Shown here one piece after another: positions 18,768 to 27,646 of a stretch of 64,000 nucleotides of DNA. The notes under the pieces were generated by a model. It was not told the origin of the DNA and searched no databases. It worked only from the letters and a program-made list of their open reading frames with translations. The translations under genes and the position numbers were made by a program. This DNA is from a virus. Positions within the stretch are counted from its first letter, which is position 1. The number at the start of each line of letters is the position of its first letter. The stretch is from positions 1 to 64,000 of IMG/VR virus record IMGVR_UViG_3300046171_000314. The stretch is one strand, 5' to 3'.

Positions 18768-19487
18768 ATGAAAAAATTATCAAAACAGGCAACAATTCAC
18801 CTGCTGTTGCAGGGAATGTATAAAGGACTCCAAGAGGCAAAGAAAGACCCTTTGGTTCAAGAGAAATACCCAAAAGGATTGGACTTCATCGAGGGGTTGG
18901 TTATTGACTTAGGCAAGCGAGCAAAGAATAACCCAAACTTTACTCTGTCTAAGAAGCAAGTGAAAAAACTCAATCAATTCTTATCGGGTTCATCAGGGGT
19001 TCTCTCTGCTGTTCTGAGAAGACATATTGTTATGCACTGCAAAGGGAATCAATGCACAATGGTTTCTCCAAATGAGTTTCGATTTGAATATGTCGAACCT
19101 CCAAAGAAAACTTTTCAAGTAAGTGGGGAGTTTGCGTTTTATGGAAAGATTCGAGAGCACGAAGCCTCTGAGAAAATCGCTATTCCTGTAAAGTCTTACG
19201 AGAAACTTTCGGACTTCTTGGAAGAAATTGGGTCTTCCTTTCACAACCTTTCTTACAAGAGAGTGGGACCAAAACAGAAAGGTGTTGATAGTTCGTGGGA
19301 GACTGTGTCCGTTGATGGGGACAGGATTCTTTGGGAATCAGAGTTAGAGTGGGACTATGATTATTTCCAATCTGAGCAAATCAACAAAGTACATTTGACC
19401 ATCTATGTAAATGGAAACCAAGTGAAAGATAAGAAAGTCCTTGAACAAGGGGCAGCCTTCTATCGAAAAAAATATCGAACTATGTAA
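18768..19487 (+). CDS. hypothetical mosaic protein (KLSKQA leader)
   Basis: MKKLSKQATIHLLLQG...HIVMHCKGNQC shared with the upstream gene. Confidence 0.7.
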   Translation: MKKLSKQATIHLLLQGMYKGLQEAKKDPLVQEKYPKGLDFIEGLVIDLGKRAKNNPNFTLSKKQVKKLNQFLSGSSGVLSAVLRRHIVMHCKGNQCTMVSPNEFRFEYVEPPKKTFQVSGEFAFYGKIREHEASEKIAIPVKSYEKLSDFLEEIGSSFHNLSYKRVGPKQKGVDSSWETVSVDGDRILWESELEWDYDYFQSEQINKVHLTIYVNGNQVKDKKVLEQGAAFYRKKYRTM

Positions 19488-19521
19488 GTTCAAGTACATT
19501 AAAACACACATCGAGTACCAC

Positions 19522-19550
19522 AAAGGGTTCAAGACGTCTTGAACCCTTTT
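19522..19550 (+). terminator. intrinsic terminator
   Basis: AAAGGGTTCAAGACGTCTTGAACCCTTTT palindrome. Confidence 0.7.
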
Positions 19551-19574
19551 CTATATTTGTTTTCCCAAACACCC

Positions 19575-19601
19575 TAACGTAAATTTTCGGTAATCGTATA
19601 G
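19575..19601 (+). promoter_or_regulatory. class A phage promoter motif
   Basis: TAACGTAA-N11-TCGTATAG. Confidence 0.8.
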
Positions 19602-19670
19602 AGAGAGAATGGAGAACCGACATCTGTTGGCTCTGTCAATTTTTCACTCTTTTAACTTATGAGGTACATT

Positions 19671-19997
19671 ATGGACTTTGAAACTTTTTGGGCAGGTTTT
19701 AATACACCGCCACCAACCACTATTAACATTGACTCACAACCTGTTGAGGTTCTTCGCTATATCACTGACAAAGGTCTTTTGGCATTGGACATTGACTTCA
19801 TCGATGACTATCTTCTCAAGGTCACACCAACCCACCCTGATGAATGGGAATACGATGAGCATTGTGTTGGCGAGATCGAGGATTTCAGAGATCGAGCCAT
19901 TGCTGCTCAAGACCATGAAGAAGGTCGTTGGTTGGCTGCGGTCAACAATCCTGACCACCCCGACCACAAAGCAGAGTGGGATAAACTCAACAAGTAA
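19671..19997 (+). CDS. acidic hypothetical protein
   Basis: GAGGT RBS. Confidence 0.6.
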   Translation: MDFETFWAGFNTPPPTTINIDSQPVEVLRYITDKGLLALDIDFIDDYLLKVTPTHPDEWEYDEHCVGEIEDFRDRAIAAQDHEEGRWLAAVNNPDHPDHKAEWDKLNK

Positions 19998-20022
19998 TCT
20001 TTCAATCCCAACAATCAATCAC

Positions 20023-20054
20023 AAAAGCCCCTTCGGTACTTGAAGGGGCTTTTT
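20023..20054 (+). terminator. intrinsic terminator
   Basis: AAAAGCCCCTTCG...TGAAGGGGCTTTTT. Confidence 0.65.
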
Positions 20055-20072
20055 CATTTAGGAGAATACAAT

Positions 20073-20483
20073 ATGACAACTTACTTATTACACGTTTGGG
20101 ATATGGGTATACACCATGTCACTCCCTGTGCCACCAAAGAGGCAGGCATTGAATTCCTATTGAAGACAATGTACGATGACAACTTCAAAACCCTTGAAGA
20201 CCTTGAAGCCTTTTGGGATAGAGAGGGCGATGGTTCTTATGAGTGGGAAGAAGCCCAAGTGGTCGGTGCAGATGGTTATCAAGGTGCTGACAAGTATCGA
20301 CTTGATCCCAAGTTATTGGCTCGCCTTACAGATGCTGCCTACTTCGGTGTGATGGATGACATCATCATACTGCTCGAAGAGGGCTGTCACTTGCGAGACC
20401 TTGACAAGGTGGTCGAAGATGCCGCTGAGAAGATGGCTTGTGAAATGGGCTGTGATGACTTTGAACCCGATTCTGAATTTTAA
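20073..20483 (+). CDS. acidic hypothetical protein
   Basis: AGGAG RBS. Confidence 0.65.
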   Translation: MTTYLLHVWDMGIHHVTPCATKEAGIEFLLKTMYDDNFKTLEDLEAFWDREGDGSYEWEEAQVVGADGYQGADKYRLDPKLLARLTDAAYFGVMDDIIILLEEGCHLRDLDKVVEDAAEKMACEMGCDDFEPDSEF

Positions 20484-20500
20484 TTACAAGGAGAACTATT

Positions 20501-20983
20501 ATGCCAAAATCAAACTATGAGAATATTAGCAAGGCTTTCATCAAGCACCTTTACTGTAAGGGCAAATTGTCAATGAGAGACACCCTTATTCGTTTTGCTC
20601 AACAAGGATACGATGTCAATGGCTCGTCAAGCCCTGTCATTGACGACAGAAACTATTGGCAAGAATGGACACACCTCTCTATTGGTGTGGAACATCTTTT
20701 TGAGTTTCATACAGCGACATTGGGAGTCACCGCCAAATTAAACACTCAGATTGAACCTGTCTTTGATGGACTTCCCTTAGAATATAAGTATATCTACCAT
20801 CTATGGGTAAAGGGGGAAATGCCTGAGTGTGATGGTTGCCCCACTCCCTCGTGGATATTTTCGGGCTGCTCTCAAAGGAATAAGTCTTGGGAGATGCTCT
20901 ACGATATCCCATTTCGATTTTCAAAAGGATACCGAAAAAAGTATCCCCACAACATTAACCACTTACACCATCTTGATTGGTAA
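20501..20983 (+). CDS. hypothetical protein
   Basis: AAGGAG RBS. Confidence 0.6.
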   Translation: MPKSNYENISKAFIKHLYCKGKLSMRDTLIRFAQQGYDVNGSSSPVIDDRNYWQEWTHLSIGVEHLFEFHTATLGVTAKLNTQIEPVFDGLPLEYKYIYHLWVKGEMPECDGCPTPSWIFSGCSQRNKSWEMLYDIPFRFSKGYRKKYPHNINHLHHLDW

Positions 20984-20994
20984 GGAGAACTATT

Positions 20995-21624
20995 ATGACT
21001 ATGAAAGATTTTTTAGAAGCACAGGCAACCGTTGAAGCAGGTTGCTACCTGAGTAACAACAGAGGCAAAGACCCTGCGAACTTTTTGAACTACGCATCGG
21101 TTGGGGACTTTGTTCTTGATAGAGGAGAACCCCCTGCGGTTTCCGAACCTCTAACAGAGGAACAGTACGAGTATTTGATGCAGGTCGTTGAGAGCAGTGT
21201 CGAGAGTGAGTTTCCCTATAAACAATGCTTTTACAACTCACAGGTGTTGCTTATCGCAGACTTCCAAGACCGCTTGGTGTATTGCGAAGGATACTGTCAA
21301 GCCAAAACAATCCCTGTTCATCACGGATGGTTGGAGTTGGATGGCAAAGTCGTTGATGTCACTTTCACCGCAAAGGCGAAACACACTGAACCTCAACGCA
21401 AAGACTTGAAAGACAGAGTGCTTGGGGAAATCCCTAATGGTTGGGAGTACTTGGGTGTTCGGTTCGACAAAGAGGATATCCTTGATTTCATTCGAGAATA
21501 TGAGTCCGCAGAGGGAATGATTGGGAACTTCCGACAATTGAAATCCACCTTTATGTTGCCAAGAATCACTCCTAGAGATTTTGGTGCTTGGGAAAAACTT
21601 AAAAATAAAGTGTCCGCACCCTAA
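20995..21624 (+). CDS. conserved phage protein with Cys/His (papain/transglutaminase-like) motif
   Basis: KQCFYNS...YCEGY...PVHHGW...VVDVT. Confidence 0.55.
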   Translation: MTMKDFLEAQATVEAGCYLSNNRGKDPANFLNYASVGDFVLDRGEPPAVSEPLTEEQYEYLMQVVESSVESEFPYKQCFYNSQVLLIADFQDRLVYCEGYCQAKTIPVHHGWLELDGKVVDVTFTAKAKHTEPQRKDLKDRVLGEIPNGWEYLGVRFDKEDILDFIREYESAEGMIGNFRQLKSTFMLPRITPRDFGAWEKLKNKVSAP

Positions 21625-21648
21625 CGTAAAATCGTATCAATCGTATAG
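21622..21648 (+). promoter_or_regulatory. class A phage promoter motif
   Basis: TAACGTAA-N11-TCGTATAG. Confidence 0.8.
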
Positions 21649-21677
21649 ACAATGAATCAATCACAATGGAGGTCAAT

Positions 21678-22081
21678 ATGGCTACACTTAAATTTCAAAT
21701 CCCTCTCGATCCTGAGGTGATACTAGACATCTTAACATCGGCACACGATGCCAATGCTTGCAACTATTTCCTTATGGAGCAGCCCCCTTTCTTATCTGCC
21801 AAGTGGTACGACAAGATGAAGGCTGACCCCAAACTTTGGGAGACCTTTGAATGGAGGTTGCTTGTCGATGATGGTTCTGACAAGGGTGAAGAGCAAACAA
21901 TCACCTTTGCACGAATGTGCTTTGGCTTGCAGAAGATGCTCACAGATGAAATCAATGGCAAGTACAAGAATCGTTGGCATCGAGTCACTGATGTTGTCGG
22001 TAGGTCGTGATTACGGTTGATTCTGTGTTCGCACAGGATGTCATTCAATATGCAATGTACGGAAAGGTCATCTTCGGATGA
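21678..22081 (+). CDS. conserved phage protein, apparently frameshifted near 22000-22016
   Basis: a shifted frame gives the typical C-terminus DSVFAQDVIQYAMYGKVIFG*; removing two extra G bases restores one ORF. Confidence 0.55.
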
Positions 22082-22186
22082 TCTTTATTTTTATTTATCA
22101 GGAGAATACAAATGTCTTTTACAAAAAATGAGCAGTGTCTAATTGCCTTTGTTAGAGAAACCACCAACCAAAAGGAGACAGGACAA

Positions 22187-22860
22187 TGAGTAAGGGATAT
22201 AGCACATATTGGTGGGTGAGGAAGCCATTGAGGTCACCACTAAAAATGGTAAAGACATACTTGGTAAAGTGGTAGACCCCTTTGTTTTCAATAGTGAACA
22301 GGGAAATCTCACTTTCAAGAAACTCTACCCTCGTATGTTGGAGTGTCTTAGTGAGATTAGCCCCTAATACTCATAAGTTGAGGTTTGAGTTCCGCAAAGA
22401 CATTATATTCAAAGGAGTGGATGGAGATGGAGATAGCCACAAAGTGTGGTGTGACTATGATCCCTCTAATGGTTACATTGGTGACTTTGAAGGAGACTTG
22501 AAAGAAGTTCTTGGTGACACCATTTTTGAGAAATTTGATCGAAAGCATCCTATCCACAGAGTGCGTGAAGAACTGAATGAGAAACAAATGAGTACTATGA
22601 CCGTTAAAGTTCTTGACCGCTCTACTTGGGGAACTTCTGCTCCCTATCCTTTGGTTCGAACGATCACTATCTCAAAGACCTGCCCCAAATGCGGAGCAAA
22701 GAGAGGCGAGCCAAAGGTCAGAAGTCAGTTCGACAATGGGGTTATGCACTACACACACACGTGGCACAACCCCTGCGGACACATCGATATGTATTCAGAG
22801 GTCTTGAAAGAGGCTTCAAAGAAAAAACAACTTTCTTCCAAACAAACGATCAAAGAATAA
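22187..22860 (+). CDS. one or two hypothetical proteins with apparent indels; the C-terminal part is a CPKCG...WHNPCGH Zn-ribbon protein
   Basis: AGGA RBS and ATG near 22187; frame change at AGCCCCT near 22360; possible second start near 22588-22597. Confidence 0.4.
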
Positions 22861-22883
22861 GTTCTCTTTGGTAATATATTGCA

Positions 22884-22982
22884 AGGGTGATGCACAGCAA
22901 TCTTTACAAACCAAAAAATCAAGAGAAACCGCAGCACTTGACAACGTTGCGTACCTGTATGGTGCTAGTCAAACACCACCCT
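22884..22982 (+). ncRNA. candidate small RNA (closing stem plus CAGCAA motif), copy 1
   Basis: AGGGTGATG/CACCACCCT closing stem; ACAGCAA just inside the 5' arm; TTTGGTA motif upstream; terminator immediately downstream. Confidence 0.55.
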
Positions 22983-22988
22983 GTTTTT

Positions 22989-23015
22989 ATCCCCCTCTAG
23001 TAGGGGGATTTTTTT
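22989..23015 (+). terminator. intrinsic terminator
   Basis: ATCCCCCT-CTAGT-AGGGGGAT followed by a T-run. Confidence 0.75.
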
Positions 23016-23061
23016 GTACCAACAACAAACGAACCGAAGTTCTTTTCGGTATCACTTTTCA

Positions 23062-23121
23062 AGGGTACGAACAGCAAAACAATTTTTACTGATTCCATTA
23101 CATCAATACAAAACGTACCCT
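23062..23121 (+). ncRNA. stem plus CAGCAA RNA element, copy 2 (5' leader of the DUF2828 gene)
   Basis: AGGGTACG/CGTACCCT perfect stem; ACAGCAA at the same position as in copy 1; TTTCGGTA upstream. Confidence 0.55.
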
Positions 23122-23148
23122 GTACTCATTTCTTACTCGGAGGTCATT

Positions 23149-24519
23149 ATGCAAGCAGTACTCACACAAAACGGAGCGGTCACTAATGAAGAGAGTGGCT
23201 CTAGCCTCCTCGATATGTTCTTCTCAATTTCAAGTTATCGCTACAAAGGCTTAGAGGTTGCTGTGGGAGATTTTTGGAAGGCTTGGGAGGAAAACCAAAC
23301 ACTTGCTCTTAGGCTCTTATTCTATCTTCGTGATGTTCGTGGAGGTCAAGGTCAAAGACAAATGTTCCGAGATATTCTAAAAGACCTTGCATCAAAGATT
23401 GACCTTTCAGAAAAGTTTGTTCGTTGGATAGCCGATTATGGTCGATGGGATGACACCTTTGAATTGCTCGACACTATGAATGAGAGCAAACTTAAAACAA
23501 TCTTGGCTATTGAACTGACATTGGGAAACAAACTCCTTGCGAAGTGGATGCCTCGTGAGAAATCAGCGAAGAAGGAACTTGCGAAGAAACTTCGCAAACT
23601 CTTAGGCTTGTCTTCGAAGGACTACCGCAAACTTATTGCAGGAAACACTGAGGTAGTGGAAACACTTATGTGCTCTCAGCAATGGTCGGATATTGTGTAT
23701 TCCCACGTCCCATCGCAGGCAGGACTTCGATATAAAGGGGCATTCGCAAAGAGAGATGGGGAAAGATACCAAGCCTATGTTCAGAGTGTTCTAGATGGCA
23801 ATGCAGCCATCAAAGCAGGAACTTTGTACCCTCACCAATTGGTGGAGAAGTGTTTTGTAGGACAGTATGACAAAACTGTACAGGCAATGTGGGAAAATCT
23901 GCCCGATTACTTAGCAGGCACAGGGGAAAGTATTCTCCCTGTCGTAGATGTTTCAGGATCAATGTCAGGAAATCCTATGATAGTGGCGATTGCTCTTGGG
24001 ATATACCTTGCAGAAAGAAACGAAGGTCGCTTCAAGAATAAGTTCCTTACCTTTTCAGAAAGCCCACAATGGGCAAGTGTGCCCAAAGGGTCTTTGGATT
24101 TGAAGGTGCAGAAAGTTAGGCAAGCCGATTGGGGATATAACACTAACTTGGAGAAGACCTTTCATCTTATAAGAGACCTTGCGATTAAGAATCAAAGTGT
24201 TCCTGATAAGGTCATTATTTTATCCGATATGGAATTTGATGCGGCTTGTGAAGTCAGACAATCTTCAACTCAAACATTCTTTAAATCAATGAAAGCAATG
24301 TTTGCTCAGAAAAATCTCCAAATGCCTTCGATAATATTTTGGAACTTATCATCTAGATCGAACTACCCTGTTCGAGTGAATGAGTGGGGCACAGTTATGG
24401 TCAGTGGGTTTTCGCCAAGCATAATGAAACACATCTTGAAAGGTGGTGGAGAAATCACACCTTTCCAATTGATGTTGCAGGCATTAGGCTCAGATCGATA
24501 TGCTCAAATTTATTTGTAA
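23149..24519 (+). CDS. DUF2828-family TROVE-like/vWA protein
   Basis: LTQNGA; YLRDVRGGQGQR; YGRWDD; AKWMPRE; YSHVPS; GTLYPHQLV; VVDVSGSM MIDAS; LSDMEFD; IIFWNL; VSGFSP. Confidence 0.85.
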   Translation: MQAVLTQNGAVTNEESGSSLLDMFFSISSYRYKGLEVAVGDFWKAWEENQTLALRLLFYLRDVRGGQGQRQMFRDILKDLASKIDLSEKFVRWIADYGRWDDTFELLDTMNESKLKTILAIELTLGNKLLAKWMPREKSAKKELAKKLRKLLGLSSKDYRKLIAGNTEVVETLMCSQQWSDIVYSHVPSQAGLRYKGAFAKRDGERYQAYVQSVLDGNAAIKAGTLYPHQLVEKCFVGQYDKTVQAMWENLPDYLAGTGESILPVVDVSGSMSGNPMIVAIALGIYLAERNEGRFKNKFLTFSESPQWASVPKGSLDLKVQKVRQADWGYNTNLEKTFHLIRDLAIKNQSVPDKVIILSDMEFDAACEVRQSSTQTFFKSMKAMFAQKNLQMPSIIFWNLSSRSNYPVRVNEWGTVMVSGFSPSIMKHILKGGGEITPFQLMLQALGSDRYAQIYL

Positions 24520-24733
24520 TGTGATGTTGGCTCGTGATTTGGTAGCCAATATGACTCAGGGAAGTGTGTATCAGCAGTTGCATTGGCACACATTTCGTCA
24601 GAGGGGGGAGTTCGTTGTTCTTCCCTTATGCCATAGTCTTGGTATATTAACCTCGCAGACCTCCAACCCCCATCCCTCCCTGTATGGGTAGACGTAATGC
24701 AGCAACAGGGTATCTTTTCAGTAAAATAATTAA

Positions 24734-24809
24734 GCACTCGTAGTTCAGTGGATAGAACAACCGCCTTCTAAGCGGTGGGTCGCAGGTTCGAATCCTGCCG
24801 AGTGTGCCA
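24734..24809 (+). tRNA. tRNA-Arg(UCU)
   Basis: GCACTCG/CGAGTGT acceptor stem; anticodon arm ACCGC-CTTCTAA-GCGGT; GGTTCGAATCC T-loop; encoded CCA. Confidence 0.95.
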
Positions 24810-24814
24810 TTTCA

Positions 24815-24848
24815 GGTTGGGATATTACGGTATCCCAACCCTTTTTTT
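24815..24848 (+). terminator. terminator after the tRNA
   Basis: GGTTGGGATA...TATCCCAACC followed by a T-run. Confidence 0.75.
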
Positions 24849-24881
24849 ATATACAGGTGTTCAGTAGTACCAAGAACACCA

Positions 24882-25005
24882 AAAAGTGCAATAATTACAC
24901 TTAAAAGTGCAGTTTCTACACAGAGAAGTGCAATAATTACACGTTAAGGTACAAAATTTACACAAAGAAGTGCAGTTTTTACACCAAAAAGTGCAAAACT
25001 CACAC
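24882..25005. repeat. six 21-bp-period iteron-like repeats
   Basis: GTRCA-N5-YACAC cores start at 24886, 24907, 24928, 24949, 24970 and 24991. Confidence 0.8.
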
Positions 25006-25075
25006 TTTCAAAACTCACTGAAACATTAGTTTTCGGTACAAACAATAGGACAGAACTTGTCCAAAGAGGTGCATT

Positions 25076-25783
25076 ATGAAAATGATGAAAGAAACGAATG
25101 GAGATCAATTATACCTTCTGTCGGAAACAGGTTACGGAACGGCTCGTCACTTTGATGGGGTGTTTGTCGTATCTTCTACCAAGTGTGCGTACATAGATGC
25201 TCTTAGAGATAGTCTTTGTCCTTGTGATGAGGAAGATCCTTGTCTTGTGCTTTCACAAGCCTTATCTTTTGAAAGAGGTCTTGATTGTATGTGGGGGAAT
25301 AACTTACAACAACACAAAGAGGCTCTTAGAGATGTCATTTGGGAAAATGAAACACGAAATCGAGGAATACCGAGATTTACTTTTGAGCAGGTACAACAAT
25401 TTTGCAACTCCTTGACCATTGGAAACGGTGGTTGGATTATGCCCCCTTATCTTCCAAATAACACTTTCACAAACAACCCCGACAGTGCCACCATTTTGTG
25501 GGCTTTTTTATCAGGAAAGAACTTGGTGAAATATGTTTCTGCCATAAAGTTCTATTCTACAAAGTATCATCTGCCCCATCTGACTCCTATGTTAGAGCAT
25601 GTCTTTGAGCGACTTGACTACAAGTGGAACAAAAACATAGACAGGATTAGTATTGCTTACCCTCACAAGGAAAGAGGTGATTATCAAAAGGTGTTCAGTA
25701 TTTTGGGGTATGCCCTGCTGACCGAAAATTTAATCAACAGTGAAACTCTTCTTGCTCAATACATAAAAACAGAGATCGATTGA
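25076..25783 (+). CDS. hypothetical protein
   Basis: GAGGTG RBS; 235 aa. Confidence 0.65.
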   Translation: MKMMKETNGDQLYLLSETGYGTARHFDGVFVVSSTKCAYIDALRDSLCPCDEEDPCLVLSQALSFERGLDCMWGNNLQQHKEALRDVIWENETRNRGIPRFTFEQVQQFCNSLTIGNGGWIMPPYLPNNTFTNNPDSATILWAFLSGKNLVKYVSAIKFYSTKYHLPHLTPMLEHVFERLDYKWNKNIDRISIAYPHKERGDYQKVFSILGYALLTENLINSETLLAQYIKTEID

Positions 25784-25827
25784 TCTAACTCTCTCACTTT
25801 TTTGGTATAGGTGTTCAAGGAGAACGT

Positions 25828-26166
25828 ATGTCTATTGCAGATAAAATTATGGAAGTTGCAAAACAAAGGGATTCTTTTGATGCCTTTGAAGTTGCGGAGA
25901 TCATTTGTGATCTTCTTGATAAAAAGATGATCGCTAAGTATGGTTATGAACCACGATTTGAAATCGATGTCATTGATGAATCAAAAGCCTTCCCCTCCAA
26001 GAAAGGTTGTTGGGTTTGTGTGTTTCAATATTGGAATAATGTGCGTGTCTATGTGGTAGAGATACACCACTCAGGAGAAGCCTACTACAATAACACTTCG
26101 TATGACCTGCTTGATTTGAAAGAGAGGACAAATCTTTTATCCACTATTGAAGGAATTTCTACTTAG
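25828..26166 (+). CDS. hypothetical protein
   Basis: AAGGAG RBS. Confidence 0.6.
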   Translation: MSIADKIMEVAKQRDSFDAFEVAEIICDLLDKKMIAKYGYEPRFEIDVIDESKAFPSKKGCWVCVFQYWNNVRVYVVEIHHSGEAYYNNTSYDLLDLKERTNLLSTIEGIST

Positions 26167-26223
26167 AGGTTTAGTTAATTTATGTATATCGAACACCTAA
26201 TGATTAATGAACAAGGAAACTTT

Positions 26224-26733
26224 ATGACACCAAGAGAATTGGAGAATGAAGGAAGTCGCATCATCGTAGAGAAGATGCTTGATGACTATAAAGGAATCGA
26301 ACCTTCTGATGTCATTCATATGATGGTTCACTCTTCTATTGTCTTGGAAGGACACCACGAGCACAACTTAAAAAATGACATCATTGATTGGGTCAATGAC
26401 AATGAAGTTCTTATCAAGGAGATGTTCTCAGGGTTCTCAGAGTTGAGAGAAGATATGGAAAAGGTTTTCTCAGGATTTTGTCACGACTTAGATAAGAACC
26501 ACGACACACTCAATACCATAAGCACCTATTACACAACCCTTTGGGGTTTGTGGCTCGCAGGGGAAAAAGACCCCACAGGTGGTTTGGCTTGGGATTACCT
26601 TTCCTATGCCACCGAACAGATAGACCCAAAGAATTTTGGCTTGATTAAAGACTATATTAGATCGAATCTTTACAACAGGATGTCAGCGAATCCTGTACAA
26701 GAATTATGGAGCAAAATTTTGGTTCGGGGATAA
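26224..26733 (+). CDS. hypothetical protein
   Basis: AAGGA RBS; class C motif at 26176-26188. Confidence 0.6.
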   Translation: MTPRELENEGSRIIVEKMLDDYKGIEPSDVIHMMVHSSIVLEGHHEHNLKNDIIDWVNDNEVLIKEMFSGFSELREDMEKVFSGFCHDLDKNHDTLNTISTYYTTLWGLWLAGEKDPTGGLAWDYLSYATEQIDPKNFGLIKDYIRSNLYNRMSANPVQELWSKILVRG

Positions 26734-26845
26734 TCATGTTACATGGGTAGTCACAACCATTTTTACAACACTCCCCCGTAGTTTCATTGTGTTGTATCCT
26801 TTGAACTCACCTGCTCTGTGAGTACGTATTGTGGCAAGAGCATAC

Positions 26846-26873
26846 GCCCCCTGTTATTCAGGGGGCTTTTTTT
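26846..26873 (+). terminator. intrinsic terminator
   Basis: GCCCCCTG-TTATT-CAGGGGGC followed by a T-run. Confidence 0.75.
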
Positions 26874-26883
26874 GTTTTTTGGA

Positions 26884-26896
26884 TAATTTGTCTATA
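26884..26896 (+). promoter_or_regulatory. class C promoter motif
   Basis: TAAT-TTGTC-TATA. Confidence 0.65.
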
Positions 26897-26929
26897 AACC
26901 CTAAACGATAAAGACTTTGGGGGCATAAG

Positions 26930-27646
26930 ATGAAACTATTTATGAAAATGAACTCTCCTTTGCTGCAAGAGATTGTAAGCGATCAGGACTTCACAGATTC
27001 AGGTTGGTCTTGGTGGGAGGTTTGGGGAGAACACGCAGAGGTCATTGAAGAGTACTTTGGCATTAGAAACTTTTATGCAAGCGAAGACGACAGGTTTCTC
27101 ATCGATAAGAAAGAAACCTATATTGAGGTTAAAAAGGGCAAGGCGATACTAATGATATCAGGTGATATAGAATCGACATACAAGCACAGAGGGGCAACCA
27201 AGAACATTGGAAAAGTTATTACCAACAAATGCTTCAAAAAAGAATTAGATTGGCATTGGGATTTGCACGAGTGGACATCTGATGGGAAAACAACTGAGAT
27301 GACTTTTGGAGTGGGGAAAGATTACTCGGCTTCTTATGGTGACAACGAGAATTGGATCGCAAGAGTTGATGCCGTAGGCAAGGCAATGGAACTTCTCAGC
27401 CGATTTGAAAAGGTTAAGGGCAGACGAACCAAAGAGCAACAAGAGACCGCAGACCGAGAGAGTCAAAACTACCTTTCTAAACTGAAAGAAATGATTAATA
27501 CAGATGACCCTGCGAATATCAACCAAGCAATATCTCTTGCAGAGTCACTTGGTGTAATGGGAGAATTGAAGAGTGCTGTGGTATCCCAAGCCTACGCAAC
27601 CATTAAAAAAATGGGGATTAATCTCACAAAGATAGAGGGACTATAA
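26930..27646 (+). CDS. hypothetical protein with C-terminal QA-helix tag (paralog of 28084..28764)
   Basis: MKLFMKMNSP...ATKNIGK...NINQAISLAESLG...INLTKIEGL. Confidence 0.75.
   Translation: MKLFMKMNSPLLQEIVSDQDFTDSGWSWWEVWGEHAEVIEEYFGIRNFYASEDDRFLIDKKETYIEVKKGKAILMISGDIESTYKHRGATKNIGKVITNKCFKKELDWHWDLHEWTSDGKTTEMTFGVGKDYSASYGDNENWIARVDAVGKAMELLSRFEKVKGRRTKEQQETADRESQNYLSKLKEMINTDDPANINQAISLAESLGVMGELKSAVVSQAYATIKKMGINLTKIEGL

Noticed and set aside
24882-25005. CRISPR array
   Set aside because: Units are tandem at a 21-nt period with no unique spacers, and no cas genes are present.
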